Positions 46,701-56,144 of a DNA stretch of 57,844 bases are shown here, one piece after another. Positions within the stretch are counted from its first letter, which is position 1; every line of letters starts with the position of its first letter. This DNA comes from Chitinophaga pinensis (GTDB lineage Bacteria; Bacteroidota; Bacteroidia; UKL13-3). The notes under the pieces are model-generated. The model did not search any database, was not told the DNA's origin, and saw only the letters and a program-made list of their open reading frames with translations. The position numbers and the translations under genes were made by a program. The stretch spans positions 1-57,844 of the forward strand of contig CAMCEM010000004.1 in the NCBI GenBank assembly GCA_945873755.1, in the 5' to 3' direction.

Positions 46701-47486
46701 TTATTTAATTTTAGTCCCTCTAAATAGGTGTAAGGTACTGTCTCTACTCCATTGTTTATATTGCACATATATAGAATCTGTATTATCTGGCAGTTTACAA
46801 ATAACATCAAACAAATTGCACCGCGGTGTCATTACGCCATTGGGAAAAAAAGTACGTACATTTACCTCCCAAGGTGTGTATTGTCTATAACCCAATGTCC
46901 CTCCAGATATATAGGCAGTACAATCATTAAAACCAGTAAAAGTATTATACTCAAAGCCACTTGGACTAACGTATTTACTTATTTGAACGGTTACAGGTAG
47001 CTTTTCATTTTTGGTAGATATACCTTTAAATATGCCATACATAGGCATAATATTGGTATCGTTTCTATCCACAAAATATAACATCCTTTCAATTGTGTCT
47101 AACCCATCATCAAATGGAAAACATAATTTGTTTGGTTTTTTTTGTACAATTAGCCTAATGCGCTTTGGTGTTCTGCTTGCACTAAAATCAATGGTAAACG
47201 ATTTGCCATAGCGAGGTTCTGTCTCAGTTCCAATATTCCAAGTGTAGCTTTGTGCCGTAGAATCTAATGCAGTAAATCTTACAGAATTCATAATACTTGT
47301 ATCAGTATCATAATATTTCCAAAAGTTATCTAAACGGGTATCATCCGAATATTCTTCCATAACAAAAGTAGCTTTTATTTCCTTTTGTCCATCGCATGGG
47401 TTTATTGGTGCAATTTCCTCTTTGGGGTTGCAGGCAAAGGGTATAATAAGTAAGGCTGTTATTAGCTTTAAGAATGTATTTTTCAT
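46701..47486 (-). CDS. hypothetical lipoprotein
   Basis: 261 aa; lipobox-like LLIIPFAC. No recognised domain. Confidence 0.55.
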   Translation of the reverse strand: MKNTFLKLITALLIIPFACNPKEEIAPINPCDGQKEIKATFVMEEYSDDTRLDNFWKYYDTDTSIMNSVRFTALDSTAQSYTWNIGTETEPRYGKSFTIDFSASRTPKRIRLIVQKKPNKLCFPFDDGLDTIERMLYFVDRNDTNIMPMYGIFKGISTKNEKLPVTVQISKYVSPSGFEYNTFTGFNDCTAYISGGTLGYRQYTPWEVNVRTFFPNGVMTPRCNLFDVICKLPDNTDSIYVQYKQWSRDSTLHLFRGTKIK

Positions 47487-47496
47487 AACAAAAAAA

Positions 47497-48258
47497 TTAT
47501 TCGGCTAATTTAGCTTTTAAAGCATCAATTTCTTTTTGTTGTTGTAAAATATATAAAGTTAATTCTTCTACTTTTTCTAATAATATTACTTGCATTTCGC
47601 CAACATCAATTTGTTTATTGTTAGCTTCTACTTCGGCTAGGCTTGGCACATTTGGCAAGTGGTGGTATTTTGCTATAAATGTTTCTAATTCTGGTAAAGT
47701 TTTTAGTTTATAATTTTTATCAAAAACATAATCAGCAAATGGGTTTTGAAGTGTAACTATTACTTTTCTGGCAGATAAATAACCGTTGGCATTTACTTTA
47801 AATAAATCTTGTGTGGCATTTTTAAAAAGAATTTGTTCTTCGGTAATGGTAAAAAAGTTGCGGTTATTACTATTTATAAAAAAACCAATAGAAGGGTGAA
47901 TAATACCATTGGTATTTAAAGTCATGCTTCCGGCAGTTTGCACTTTAAAAGCATCTCCAGGGCTTGTTCCAGTTCTTTTTAAGCTTAACGTACCTCCATT
48001 TACAATTAAATTACCATAAACATCTGCTCTTCCATGGTCCACACTAAAGTTTAAATTAAAGGCAGAACCTGTATTTGTAAATACATTAAACATTGCTGGT
48101 TGAGGTGGGCTTCCAGGTAACCCTGATACCACCACTCCAGCAATATTTACTTGGTTACTGGTACTTAAAATACCGCTTGTAGGGCCAGTCCATTGGGCTT
48201 GGCTTTTAAAAATAAAGGTTAATAACCCTAGGCTAAGTAATAATAATTTTCTTTTCAT
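47497..48258 (-). CDS. secreted protein with a tail-fibre-like C-terminal coiled-coil module
   Basis: 253 aa; signal peptide ...FKSQAQ; Gly/Asn-rich beta-strand body. C-terminus FADYVFDKNYKLKTLPELETFIAKYHHLPNVPSLAEVE...LLEKVEELTLYILQQQKEIDALKAKLAE. Confidence 0.55.
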   Translation of the reverse strand: MKRKLLLLSLGLLTFIFKSQAQWTGPTSGILSTSNQVNIAGVVVSGLPGSPPQPAMFNVFTNTGSAFNLNFSVDHGRADVYGNLIVNGGTLSLKRTGTSPGDAFKVQTAGSMTLNTNGIIHPSIGFFINSNNRNFFTITEEQILFKNATQDLFKVNANGYLSARKVIVTLQNPFADYVFDKNYKLKTLPELETFIAKYHHLPNVPSLAEVEANNKQIDVGEMQVILLEKVEELTLYILQQQKEIDALKAKLAE

Positions 48259-48422
48259 TGTTAGTTGTTTTTTAGTTTTATTTTTTTTTAGTTATTTGAT
48301 AAAGCAAACATTAAAACTAAAAATACAATTTCCAACAAAAACTACCTGTCTATTTTGGACAGTATGTTTTTATAGGTAATTTAGTTTATTATTTATACAA
48401 TTGCTTTTCTTTATGTTTTAAA

Positions 48423-48785
48423 ATGAAAAACCAAATAATTGTAAAAAAGTTAGGAGTTGGAATAAGGGCGTTGCGTAAAATAAGGGGTGTAAAGGTGGCT
48501 GTTTTGGCCAAAAAGCTTGATTTTGATAGCGTAGAAGCATATTTAAAACTAGAAAGAGGCGAAAGAAAAGAAATTGGTATTGTGCAACTCTTAATTATTT
48601 GCGAAGAGTTAAATTGTTCAATATCTAATATTTTTATTTTATCGGGTTTAGCTGATGACCTGTTTAGTAAAGACATTACCACTTGGAGTCAATTTCTTGA
48701 TTCGCTAGAAGATGTACCTTTTGATAGAAAAGAAAAAATTTTGGAACTATTAAATACTTTAAATTTATCGCCAAATGTTACATAG
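48423..48785 (+). CDS. XRE-family helix-turn-helix transcriptional regulator
   Basis: 120 aa; LGVGIRALRKIRGVKVAVLAKKLDFDSVEAYLKLERGERK...LLIICEELNCSISNIF. Divergent from the 43447..48258 cluster. Confidence 0.65.
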   Translation: MKNQIIVKKLGVGIRALRKIRGVKVAVLAKKLDFDSVEAYLKLERGERKEIGIVQLLIICEELNCSISNIFILSGLADDLFSKDITTWSQFLDSLEDVPFDRKEKILELLNTLNLSPNVT

Positions 48786-48860
48786 GGTTAATTAATTTCA
48801 TAAGTTAAATATTGACAACATAAAATTATTTATTTAATGTTGTTGCATATTAATTGAAAC

Positions 48861-49283
48861 ATGAAAGACATTACAAAAACTTATACCAATAACGAAATTA
48901 CCATAGTTTGGAAATCTTCCATGTGTATTCACTCTCGAAATTGTTTTAATGGCTTAGGGCAAGTATTTAATCCTGCTGAACGCCCTTGGATAAAACCAGA
49001 AAACGCAAAAACAGAAACTTTAATGTCACAAATAAACAAGTGCCCTAGTGGTGCGTTGAGTTATTACAAGAACGATGAAGCAAAAACCGAAAACATAGAG
49101 GTAGAAACAATTGCAGAAATATCAGAAAACGGACCTTTGTTGCTATATGGAAACATTACTGTTAAACACAATAATGGAACTGTAGAACAAAAAAACAAAG
49201 TGACTGCTTTTTGCAGGTGCGGTGCATCAAACAATAAACCTTACTGCGATGGAACGCACCGAAAAATTGACTTTAAAGGGTAA
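48861..49283 (+). CDS. iron-sulfur protein: divergent 4Fe-4S mono-cluster domain plus CDGSH zinc-finger-type domain
   Basis: C-terminal CRCGASNNKPYCDGTH (CDGSH motif). N-terminal Cys ligands CIHSRNC...CPSGAL. Confidence 0.7.
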   Translation: MKDITKTYTNNEITIVWKSSMCIHSRNCFNGLGQVFNPAERPWIKPENAKTETLMSQINKCPSGALSYYKNDEAKTENIEVETIAEISENGPLLLYGNITVKHNNGTVEQKNKVTAFCRCGASNNKPYCDGTHRKIDFKG

Positions 49284-49292
49284 TAAGGTGTT

Positions 49293-50201
49293 TTGGAAAA
49301 TAAAAAACACTTAATTAGCATAGTTGGGCCAACCGCAGTAGGAAAAACAGCAATGGCCATTCAATTGGCAAAGCATTTTAATACCGTTATTATTTCAGCC
49401 GATAGTCGTCAGTTTTACAAAGAAATAAGCATTGGCACAGCCAAACCCAGTTTGGAAGAATTAAATCTAGTACCACATTACTTTATTAATAATAAAAGTG
49501 TATCCGAAACCTATTCAGCAGGTGATTTTGAAAAAGATACTTTGTTAAAACTACAAGAATTATTTAAAGAAAATGATATCGTTATTTTAGTTGGTGGAAG
49601 CGGTTTATATATAAAAGCACTTTGGGATGGATTGGATGATTTGCCTAAAGAAAACATTGCTTTGCGTAATGAATTACATAACGAATTTAAAACTAATGGA
49701 ATAGAATATTTACAAAACAGACTTTTTAAAACTAATCCCGAAAAGTTGGGAAGTTTAGATGCAATGAATCCGCAAAGATTGATGCGTGCTATTGAAATAG
49801 CTGAGCTGAGCGAATCCAATGTTTTTATTCCTCAAAAAGCGATTCGCCCTTTCCAAAACATAAAAATATGTTTGAATAAAGAAAGGGAAATACTCTACAA
49901 CGATATTAATAATAGGGTTGATGGAATGATAGCGAATGGATTAATAAATGAGTGCGAAAAAATGAGTCTGTTTAGAGATAAATATGCTTTAAAAACGGTT
50001 GGGTATACTGAAATATTTGACTATTTCGATAATAAACATTCCCTGCAAAAAGCCATTGAACTAATAAAACAGCACACTCGAAACTATGCAAAAAGGCAAA
50101 TTACATGGTTTAAGCGAGAAGAAGACCTTGAATGGTTTGAGCCAAATGAAACAGAAAAAATAATAGATTTTGTAAATAAAAAACTAGGTAAAAAAGTCTG
50201 A
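49293..50201 (+). CDS. miaA: tRNA dimethylallyltransferase
   Basis: TTG start; P-loop GPTAVGKT; SADSRQFYKEISIGTAKP; 302 aa. Confidence 0.9.
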   Translation: MENKKHLISIVGPTAVGKTAMAIQLAKHFNTVIISADSRQFYKEISIGTAKPSLEELNLVPHYFINNKSVSETYSAGDFEKDTLLKLQELFKENDIVILVGGSGLYIKALWDGLDDLPKENIALRNELHNEFKTNGIEYLQNRLFKTNPEKLGSLDAMNPQRLMRAIEIAELSESNVFIPQKAIRPFQNIKICLNKEREILYNDINNRVDGMIANGLINECEKMSLFRDKYALKTVGYTEIFDYFDNKHSLQKAIELIKQHTRNYAKRQITWFKREEDLEWFEPNETEKIIDFVNKKLGKKV

Positions 50202-50250
50202 AATTTTATTAGTTTTGCGCTTCAAAAAAATAAATTATCTTTAATTAAAT

Positions 50251-50985
50251 ATGCTCGAATTTTTAAGCACTCCTGAGGCCTGGTTAAGTTTATTTACACT
50301 TACCATTTTAGAAATTGTATTAGGTGTTGATAATATTATATTTATATCAATAATAACTAGTAAACTTCCAAAGCAACAACAACTAAAAGGCCGCAGATTA
50401 GGTTTGTTTTTAGCTTTATTTATCCGAATTGTTTTATTGGCTTTTATAAATAAAATTGTACACGATTTAACTGACGAAATAATAAATATTTTAGGTATTG
50501 GATTTAGCTGGAGAGATATAATTTTATTATCGGGAGGAGTATTTTTATTATACAAAAGTGGAATAGAAATATATGAAAAGCTTGAAAAAGTAGAAAATGA
50601 AATTTCATCCAAATCATACAAATCGTTTTGGAATGTGGTTATGCAAGTTATAGTAATAGATATAGTATTTTCATTCGATAGTATTTTAACAGCCGTTGCC
50701 ATTTCTGACCACATAGAAATTATGGTTATAGCGGTTATTATATCTATGGTTGTTATGATGATATTTGCTCAAAAAGTTGGAGATTTTATTAACGACAATC
50801 CTTCTATGAAAATATTGGCATTGGCATTTTTAGTAATGATAGGTGGCTTATTAACTGTAGAAGCTTTTGATGTTCATGTAGAAAAATCGTACATATATTT
50901 TGCATTGGCATTTAGTATTTTAGTTGAAATGTTAAATTTAAGGTATCGTAAAAACATACAAAGCGGTAAAATTAAACATCATTAA
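50251..50985 (+). CDS. TerC-family integral membrane protein
   Basis: 244 aa, multi-TM; LEIVLGVDNIIFISI and FSFDSILTAVAIS motifs. Confidence 0.8.
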   Translation: MLEFLSTPEAWLSLFTLTILEIVLGVDNIIFISIITSKLPKQQQLKGRRLGLFLALFIRIVLLAFINKIVHDLTDEIINILGIGFSWRDIILLSGGVFLLYKSGIEIYEKLEKVENEISSKSYKSFWNVVMQVIVIDIVFSFDSILTAVAISDHIEIMVIAVIISMVVMMIFAQKVGDFINDNPSMKILALAFLVMIGGLLTVEAFDVHVEKSYIYFALAFSILVEMLNLRYRKNIQSGKIKHH

Positions 50986-51005
50986 TATTTCTTTAAATTA
51001 AATTC

Positions 51006-51863
51006 ATGCAATTACTAAACGGTAACCTAGTTTCAAAACAAATAAAACTAGAAATAAAAAAAGAAGTAGATGAACTAATTGCTAAAGGAATTAAACGACC
51101 GCATTTAGCAGCAATTTTAGTAGGAAACGATGGCGCAAGTATAACCTATGTTGCTGCAAAAGAAAAAGATTGCAAAGAAGTTGGATTTGATTCAACAGTG
51201 CTGAAATTTAATGAATCAATTACAGAAGCTGAATTGCTCAATGAAGTTGAGAAAATAAATGCAAATACCGAAATAGATGGACTAATAGTTCAACTGCCTT
51301 TACCAAAACATATTAACGAAAAAAAAATAACTGAAACCATAAGTTGGAAAAAAGATGTAGATGGCTTTCATCCATACAATGTAGGGTTAATGTTTAAAGG
51401 CTTGCCGTGTTTTTTACCTGCAACTCCCTATGGCGTTATTAAGTTATTAGAACATTATAATATTGATACAACAGGTAAAAACTGTGTGGTTATTGGTAGA
51501 AGCGATATTGTAGGTAAACCTATGAGCGCCTTAATGTTAAATAAAAACTGTACTGTTACCATTTGCCACAGTAAAACTGTTGATATGAGTTCATTTACTC
51601 AAAAAGCTGATATTATTATTGCTGCAGTTGGGATTCCCAATTATTTAAAAGCTGAAATGATAAAAGAAGGTGCTATTGTAATTGATGTTGGCATTACAAG
51701 GGTTAACGATGAATCGGAAAAAGGATATAAGCTTATTGGAGATGTAGACTTTGAAAATGTATCGAAAAAAGCCGCTTTTATAACTCCTGTTCCTGGAGGT
51801 GTTGGACCTATGACAAGGGTTGCTTTGTTACTAAACACATTACTTTCAGTAAAAACAAATTAA
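51006..51863 (+). CDS. folD: bifunctional methylenetetrahydrofolate dehydrogenase/cyclohydrolase
   Basis: 285 aa; GLIVQLPLP, DVDGFHP, VVIGRSDIVGKP, PVPGGVGPMT. Confidence 0.95.
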   Translation: MQLLNGNLVSKQIKLEIKKEVDELIAKGIKRPHLAAILVGNDGASITYVAAKEKDCKEVGFDSTVLKFNESITEAELLNEVEKINANTEIDGLIVQLPLPKHINEKKITETISWKKDVDGFHPYNVGLMFKGLPCFLPATPYGVIKLLEHYNIDTTGKNCVVIGRSDIVGKPMSALMLNKNCTVTICHSKTVDMSSFTQKADIIIAAVGIPNYLKAEMIKEGAIVIDVGITRVNDESEKGYKLIGDVDFENVSKKAAFITPVPGGVGPMTRVALLLNTLLSVKTN

Positions 51864-51870
51864 TAATATT

Positions 51871-53070
51871 TTGAAAAAACTTTCTTTAGTTCTTTTATTG
51901 CTTCCTTCTATTCTTTTTAGTCAAGTTGTACCCAAATACGGGAACGATACTTTATTAGACATTGGAACTTGGAATGTTGAATGGTTTGGCGATTTAACAA
52001 ATGGACCTAGCGATGAAACGCAACAGTTTGATAATGTAAAAAATATTATTAATAAAACTGATATTGATATTTGGGGGATTGAAGAAATGAGTAATACTAC
52101 TAGCTTTAACTCTTTAATTTCAGCTTTGCCACTTTACGGTGGAGTTAACAGCACATTTTCGTTAACGCAAAAAATGAGTTTGCTTTATAAAAAAAGTATG
52201 TTTAACTTTATTAGTGCTGAACAAATTTTAACAACAAGTAATTACGACTTTGCAAGCCGACCACCTTTATTGGTAAAGCTTTCAACCAAAGGCGACAGTA
52301 TAAATATTGACACATTATTTATTATAGTTGTTCATTTAAAAGCCAATAGCGAATCGAACTCGACAGGAAAATTAGAATCGTATAATAGAAGAAAAAGAGC
52401 TGCAGATGCTTTAAAGATATATATTGAAAATACTTTATTGAATAAAAAATATATAGTGCTTGGTGATTGGAACGACCGATTGGATTTTTCAATTCATAAT
52501 GGAATTGATACAACGCCTTTTAAACAATTGTTAAATGCCAATTATAATTTTATAACTAAACCATTAGCAGACGCAGGTAAAAGAAGTTACGCCTTCTCTG
52601 ATGGTTTTATAGACCATATAATGGTTTCACCAAGAATTGATTCTTTTTATGTAAAACAAAGTGCAACGGTACTCGATAATTTAGGTCAGTTCGTTAACAA
52701 TTACAGCAGCACTACTTCCGATCATTATCCTGTATTTGGTAGGTTTTTATTCAATAAAATTAAATATACCACTCCTATTGATACTATTCCAACCGATACT
52801 ATAAAAGATACATCAAGAACAAGTATTAGTTATAGTGTAAAAGCTATTAATAATTTTACTGTATATCCAAATCCTTTTGAAAATTATTTTACAATAAAAA
52901 CAGAAAATTTAAATAACGATTTAGTTGAAATTTACTCCCCAATTGGTAATTTGATTTACTCTAAATTATTAAACAAAAATGAAACCGAAATAAATTTAAA
53001 AGATTTTCAAACCGGATTATATATTATTTGTTTTAAAGGAAAATATTATAAAATATTAAAAAACCAATGA
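51871..53070 (+). CDS. endonuclease/exonuclease/phosphatase (EEP) family protein with a T9SS C-terminal sorting domain
   Basis: TTG start and signal peptide. GTWNVEWFG, VVHLKA, LGDWND, SDHYPV. CTD: VYPNPFENYFTIK...GLYIICF. Confidence 0.8.
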   Translation: MKKLSLVLLLLPSILFSQVVPKYGNDTLLDIGTWNVEWFGDLTNGPSDETQQFDNVKNIINKTDIDIWGIEEMSNTTSFNSLISALPLYGGVNSTFSLTQKMSLLYKKSMFNFISAEQILTTSNYDFASRPPLLVKLSTKGDSINIDTLFIIVVHLKANSESNSTGKLESYNRRKRAADALKIYIENTLLNKKYIVLGDWNDRLDFSIHNGIDTTPFKQLLNANYNFITKPLADAGKRSYAFSDGFIDHIMVSPRIDSFYVKQSATVLDNLGQFVNNYSSTTSDHYPVFGRFLFNKIKYTTPIDTIPTDTIKDTSRTSISYSVKAINNFTVYPNPFENYFTIKTENLNNDLVEIYSPIGNLIYSKLLNKNETEINLKDFQTGLYIICFKGKYYKILKNQ

Positions 53071-53100
53071 AAGTTGGTTTTTGTAAACCATTCATTTTTT
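53066..53100 (+). terminator. compound hairpin plus T-run between convergent genes
   Basis: aatgaa-ag-ttggttt-ttgt-aaacca-ttcatt followed by tttttt. Confidence 0.55.
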
Positions 53101-53105
53101 ATAAA

Positions 53106-54395
53106 TTAGTTTTTCTTTGGAGTAACTTTCAAAATTACTTCTTCAATTTTAGCACTGCTCGATTTTTGAATAATAAATTCAAATTGATCAATATTTAACT
53201 TTTCACCTTCTTGTGGAATGTCTTCATGATTGGCAGTGATAAAACCGCCTAAAGTATTGTATTCTCCTTCTGGTATATCAAGTTCGTATTTGGTGTTTAA
53301 ATGATAAATTTCTAATCTCCCAGAAAAAAGGTATTCGTTTTCGCCAATTACTTTTTCGGTTAACGATTCAATGTCGTGTTCATCGTCTATTTCTCCAAAA
53401 ATTTCTTCCATTACATCTTCAATAGTAACAATACCAGCTGTTCCGCCAAGTTCATTAACAACTAAAGCAATACTTTTTCTGGTTTTACTAAATCTATTCA
53501 AAACATCCATAACCGAAGTTGTTGCAGGAACAATTTCTATTGGAAACACAATTTCTTTAATTGTTTCTACTTTTTTAAATATTTCTTTTTGATGCACATA
53601 ACCAATAATATTATCAGATGTTCCACCATAAACCAATATTTTAGACAAACCAGTTTGAACAAATTTATCGTACAGTGCTTCGGGCGTTTCAGTAATATCT
53701 ATTAATTCTAAATCAGTTCTTGGAGTCATGCAATCACGTACCTTCAAGCTCGAAAAATCTAATGCATTTTTAAACATTTCGGTGTCTACTTCTACATCAT
53801 CTTCCAGGTCGTTATCGTTTACTTGATTGATGTAATCATCTAAATCAATTTTTGAAAAAACAGGTGTGGTTTCAGTATATTTTATTTTTAAAAATGCATT
53901 TAAAATAAATTTAGAAAGCCAAATAATAACATGAACTATTGGCCAAAAAATATAATAAAATATAAGAAAAGGTAATGCTAATACTTGTAAAACTAAATCA
54001 GGATTTATGCGAAATAAAACCTTAGGTAAAAACTCGGCAGTAAATAAAACTATTAATGTGGAGATTATGGTTTGAGCTAATAAAAGTAAGAATTTATGTT
54101 CGGCAAAATAAGGCGAAACACCCAGTAAAAAAGGGTCAAGAATTTTTGCCATGTAAATACCATAAATAACTAAACCAATGTTGTTGCCAACAAGAGTAGT
54201 ACTTATAAACTTTGATGGATTATTTACAAAATTAGATAAAATATTTGCAGTAACACTTCCTTGTTTACTTTTTAATTCTATTAAAAGTTTATTGGAAGAA
54301 ATAAAAGCAATTTCGGTTCCTGCAAAAAATGCTGAAAATAAAATACTTAATAAAATTATAACCGAGTTGCTATCCATTGTTTTATAATAGTGCAA
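53106..54395 (-). CDS. CNNM/DUF21-CBS-CorC_HlyC family membrane protein (GldE-like)
   Basis: 429 aa: N-terminal four TM segments (DUF21), then a CBS pair, then a C-terminal CorC/HlyC transporter-associated domain. The true start may be the MDSNS Met 6 codons in. Confidence 0.75.
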   Translation of the reverse strand: MHYYKTMDSNSVIILLSILFSAFFAGTEIAFISSNKLLIELKSKQGSVTANILSNFVNNPSKFISTTLVGNNIGLVIYGIYMAKILDPFLLGVSPYFAEHKFLLLLAQTIISTLIVLFTAEFLPKVLFRINPDLVLQVLALPFLIFYYIFWPIVHVIIWLSKFILNAFLKIKYTETTPVFSKIDLDDYINQVNDNDLEDDVEVDTEMFKNALDFSSLKVRDCMTPRTDLELIDITETPEALYDKFVQTGLSKILVYGGTSDNIIGYVHQKEIFKKVETIKEIVFPIEIVPATTSVMDVLNRFSKTRKSIALVVNELGGTAGIVTIEDVMEEIFGEIDDEHDIESLTEKVIGENEYLFSGRLEIYHLNTKYELDIPEGEYNTLGGFITANHEDIPQEGEKLNIDQFEFIIQKSSSAKIEEVILKVTPKKN

Positions 54396-54463
54396 TTATA
54401 ATAAAAATAGAAATAAGAATAGCAGTTTAAAAATTGCTTTTTAAACATATTGATTGTATAAAA

Positions 54464-55165
54464 CTATTCGGAAAACTTATATCCAACTCCTTTTACAGTG
54501 CCTAATAAATCATCTCCTATTTTTTCTCTGATTTTTCTAATATGAACATCAATAGTTCTATCACCAACAATCACTTCATCGCCCCACACTTTTTCTAAAA
54601 TACTTTCTCTTTTAAATACTTTTCCTGGCTTACTTGCTAATAAATAAAGTAATTCAAACTCTTTGCGAGCTAATTGTATTTTTTCTTTGCCTCTGTAAAC
54701 TAAAAAGGTTTCTCTATCAATAATTAAACCTTTAACATTTAGTTTTATATTTTCAACTTCATTTTCGGAAGACGAACCTTTATCTTTTCTTCGTAAAATT
54801 GCTGAAATACGAGTTAATAATAATTTTGGTTTTATAGGCTTTGCAATATAATCATCAGCACCAGCATCAAAGCCTGCAAGTTCGCTGTATTCCTCTGCCC
54901 TTGCAGTTAAAAAAACAACAAAAGAACTATTAGTTAATGGGTTTGATTTTAATTGTTGACAAGCTTGAATACCATCCATCTGCGGCATCATTACATCCAT
55001 TAATATTAAATCAGGCTTAATTTTTTTTGCTTGTTCAATGGCTTCTAGGCCATTGTTAGCTAAATAAACATCGTAACCTTCTTTTTTTAAATTATATTCA
55101 ATAAACTCTTGAATATCTTTCTCATCATCCACAACTAAAACTTTATATTGTTTTTTGTCTTTCAT
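54464..55165 (-). CDS. OmpR/PhoB-type response regulator
   Basis: Receiver domain VLVVDDEKDI...LILMDVMMPQMDG...LTAR. C-terminal winged helix ...RTIDVHIRKIREKI...VKGVGYKF. Confidence 0.85.
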   Translation of the reverse strand: MKDKKQYKVLVVDDEKDIQEFIEYNLKKEGYDVYLANNGLEAIEQAKKIKPDLILMDVMMPQMDGIQACQQLKSNPLTNSSFVVFLTARAEEYSELAGFDAGADDYIAKPIKPKLLLTRISAILRRKDKGSSSENEVENIKLNVKGLIIDRETFLVYRGKEKIQLARKEFELLYLLASKPGKVFKRESILEKVWGDEVIVGDRTIDVHIRKIREKIGDDLLGTVKGVGYKFSE

Positions 55166-55241
55166 ATCAAGCGATATTATTTTTTTTCAATTGCAATATT
55201 AGTTATATTAATGTTAGTTAATTATTAACTTTAAAGGTATT

Positions 55242-56141
55242 TTATTTTAAAATAATTTGCTTAAAATCTAATGCATAGCCTGTAAATGAGCCAATAGCTC
55301 CTTTTACATTTGAATTTACTGCACCAGGAGTGGCAAATGGCCCAGTATTATTGTCGGCTCTTCCAAATGATTGCCAAAATAAAAACTCTTTTCTGCCAAT
55401 GTGCGAAAAGTAAATATTCAGTGTATCGTTTTGATTAAAGGGACTAAAAAACTCATAAGGCCTTGTGCCATTATTTAAATATTGGTCATCGAAAGTTCTA
55501 AACGAATTACATGCACCCCATCCAAATAAAATTGAATCGGGACTAACATTTACTGCCATTCTGTAATTATTATTTTCTGGTCCATCGTAAAACCAAAATT
55601 TAAAAAATGCCCTGTCAACAGTATCGTTTTCACGTTTAGGTTCTATCCTATATTCAAAACTATCAATTGGAATTAGTTTTGGAATAAATGTATTTGAAGT
55701 AATAATTTTAGCTCCGTTGGCAATTGATATTTCTAATTTATAAGGTGTATTTAATTTACCAACTAAATCAATCGGATTCATGTATACACCAGAAAAAGGT
55801 CCTAAAATACTATCGAGTGCAGGAATTAATTTTGAAATAGTATCAACTGAATATAATTTAATTCTGTCAGCAATATTGTAAATGGTATCTTTTCCAATAA
55901 TAATTCCCGGAGTTATGTAAACTTCTGCATCTTTTACTCCATTTAGCGATAAATCAGGCTTAAAATAATCGATTGTAGTGCTAATAAAAACATAGTTTAA
56001 CAGTGGAAAACGTGAGTTAATACTTGCTTCTACCACATACTGCGGAGTGCTTGGTGGCAAATCAATGTCAATTTCTTTTTCGCAAGCAATAACTAAAACA
56101 ATTGCAATAAATAGAATGGTTAAGTTTTTAATTTTTTTCAT
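55242..56141 (-). CDS. DUF4249-like lipoprotein (partner of the upstream TonB-dependent receptor)
   Basis: 299 aa; lipoprotein signal ...VIAC. It sits 3 nt after the receptor stop, which is the usual DUF4249 arrangement. Confidence 0.6.
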   Translation of the reverse strand: MKKIKNLTILFIAIVLVIACEKEIDIDLPPSTPQYVVEASINSRFPLLNYVFISTTIDYFKPDLSLNGVKDAEVYITPGIIIGKDTIYNIADRIKLYSVDTISKLIPALDSILGPFSGVYMNPIDLVGKLNTPYKLEISIANGAKIITSNTFIPKLIPIDSFEYRIEPKRENDTVDRAFFKFWFYDGPENNNYRMAVNVSPDSILFGWGACNSFRTFDDQYLNNGTRPYEFFSPFNQNDTLNIYFSHIGRKEFLFWQSFGRADNNTGPFATPGAVNSNVKGAIGSFTGYALDFKQIILK

Positions 56142-56144
56142 TTT

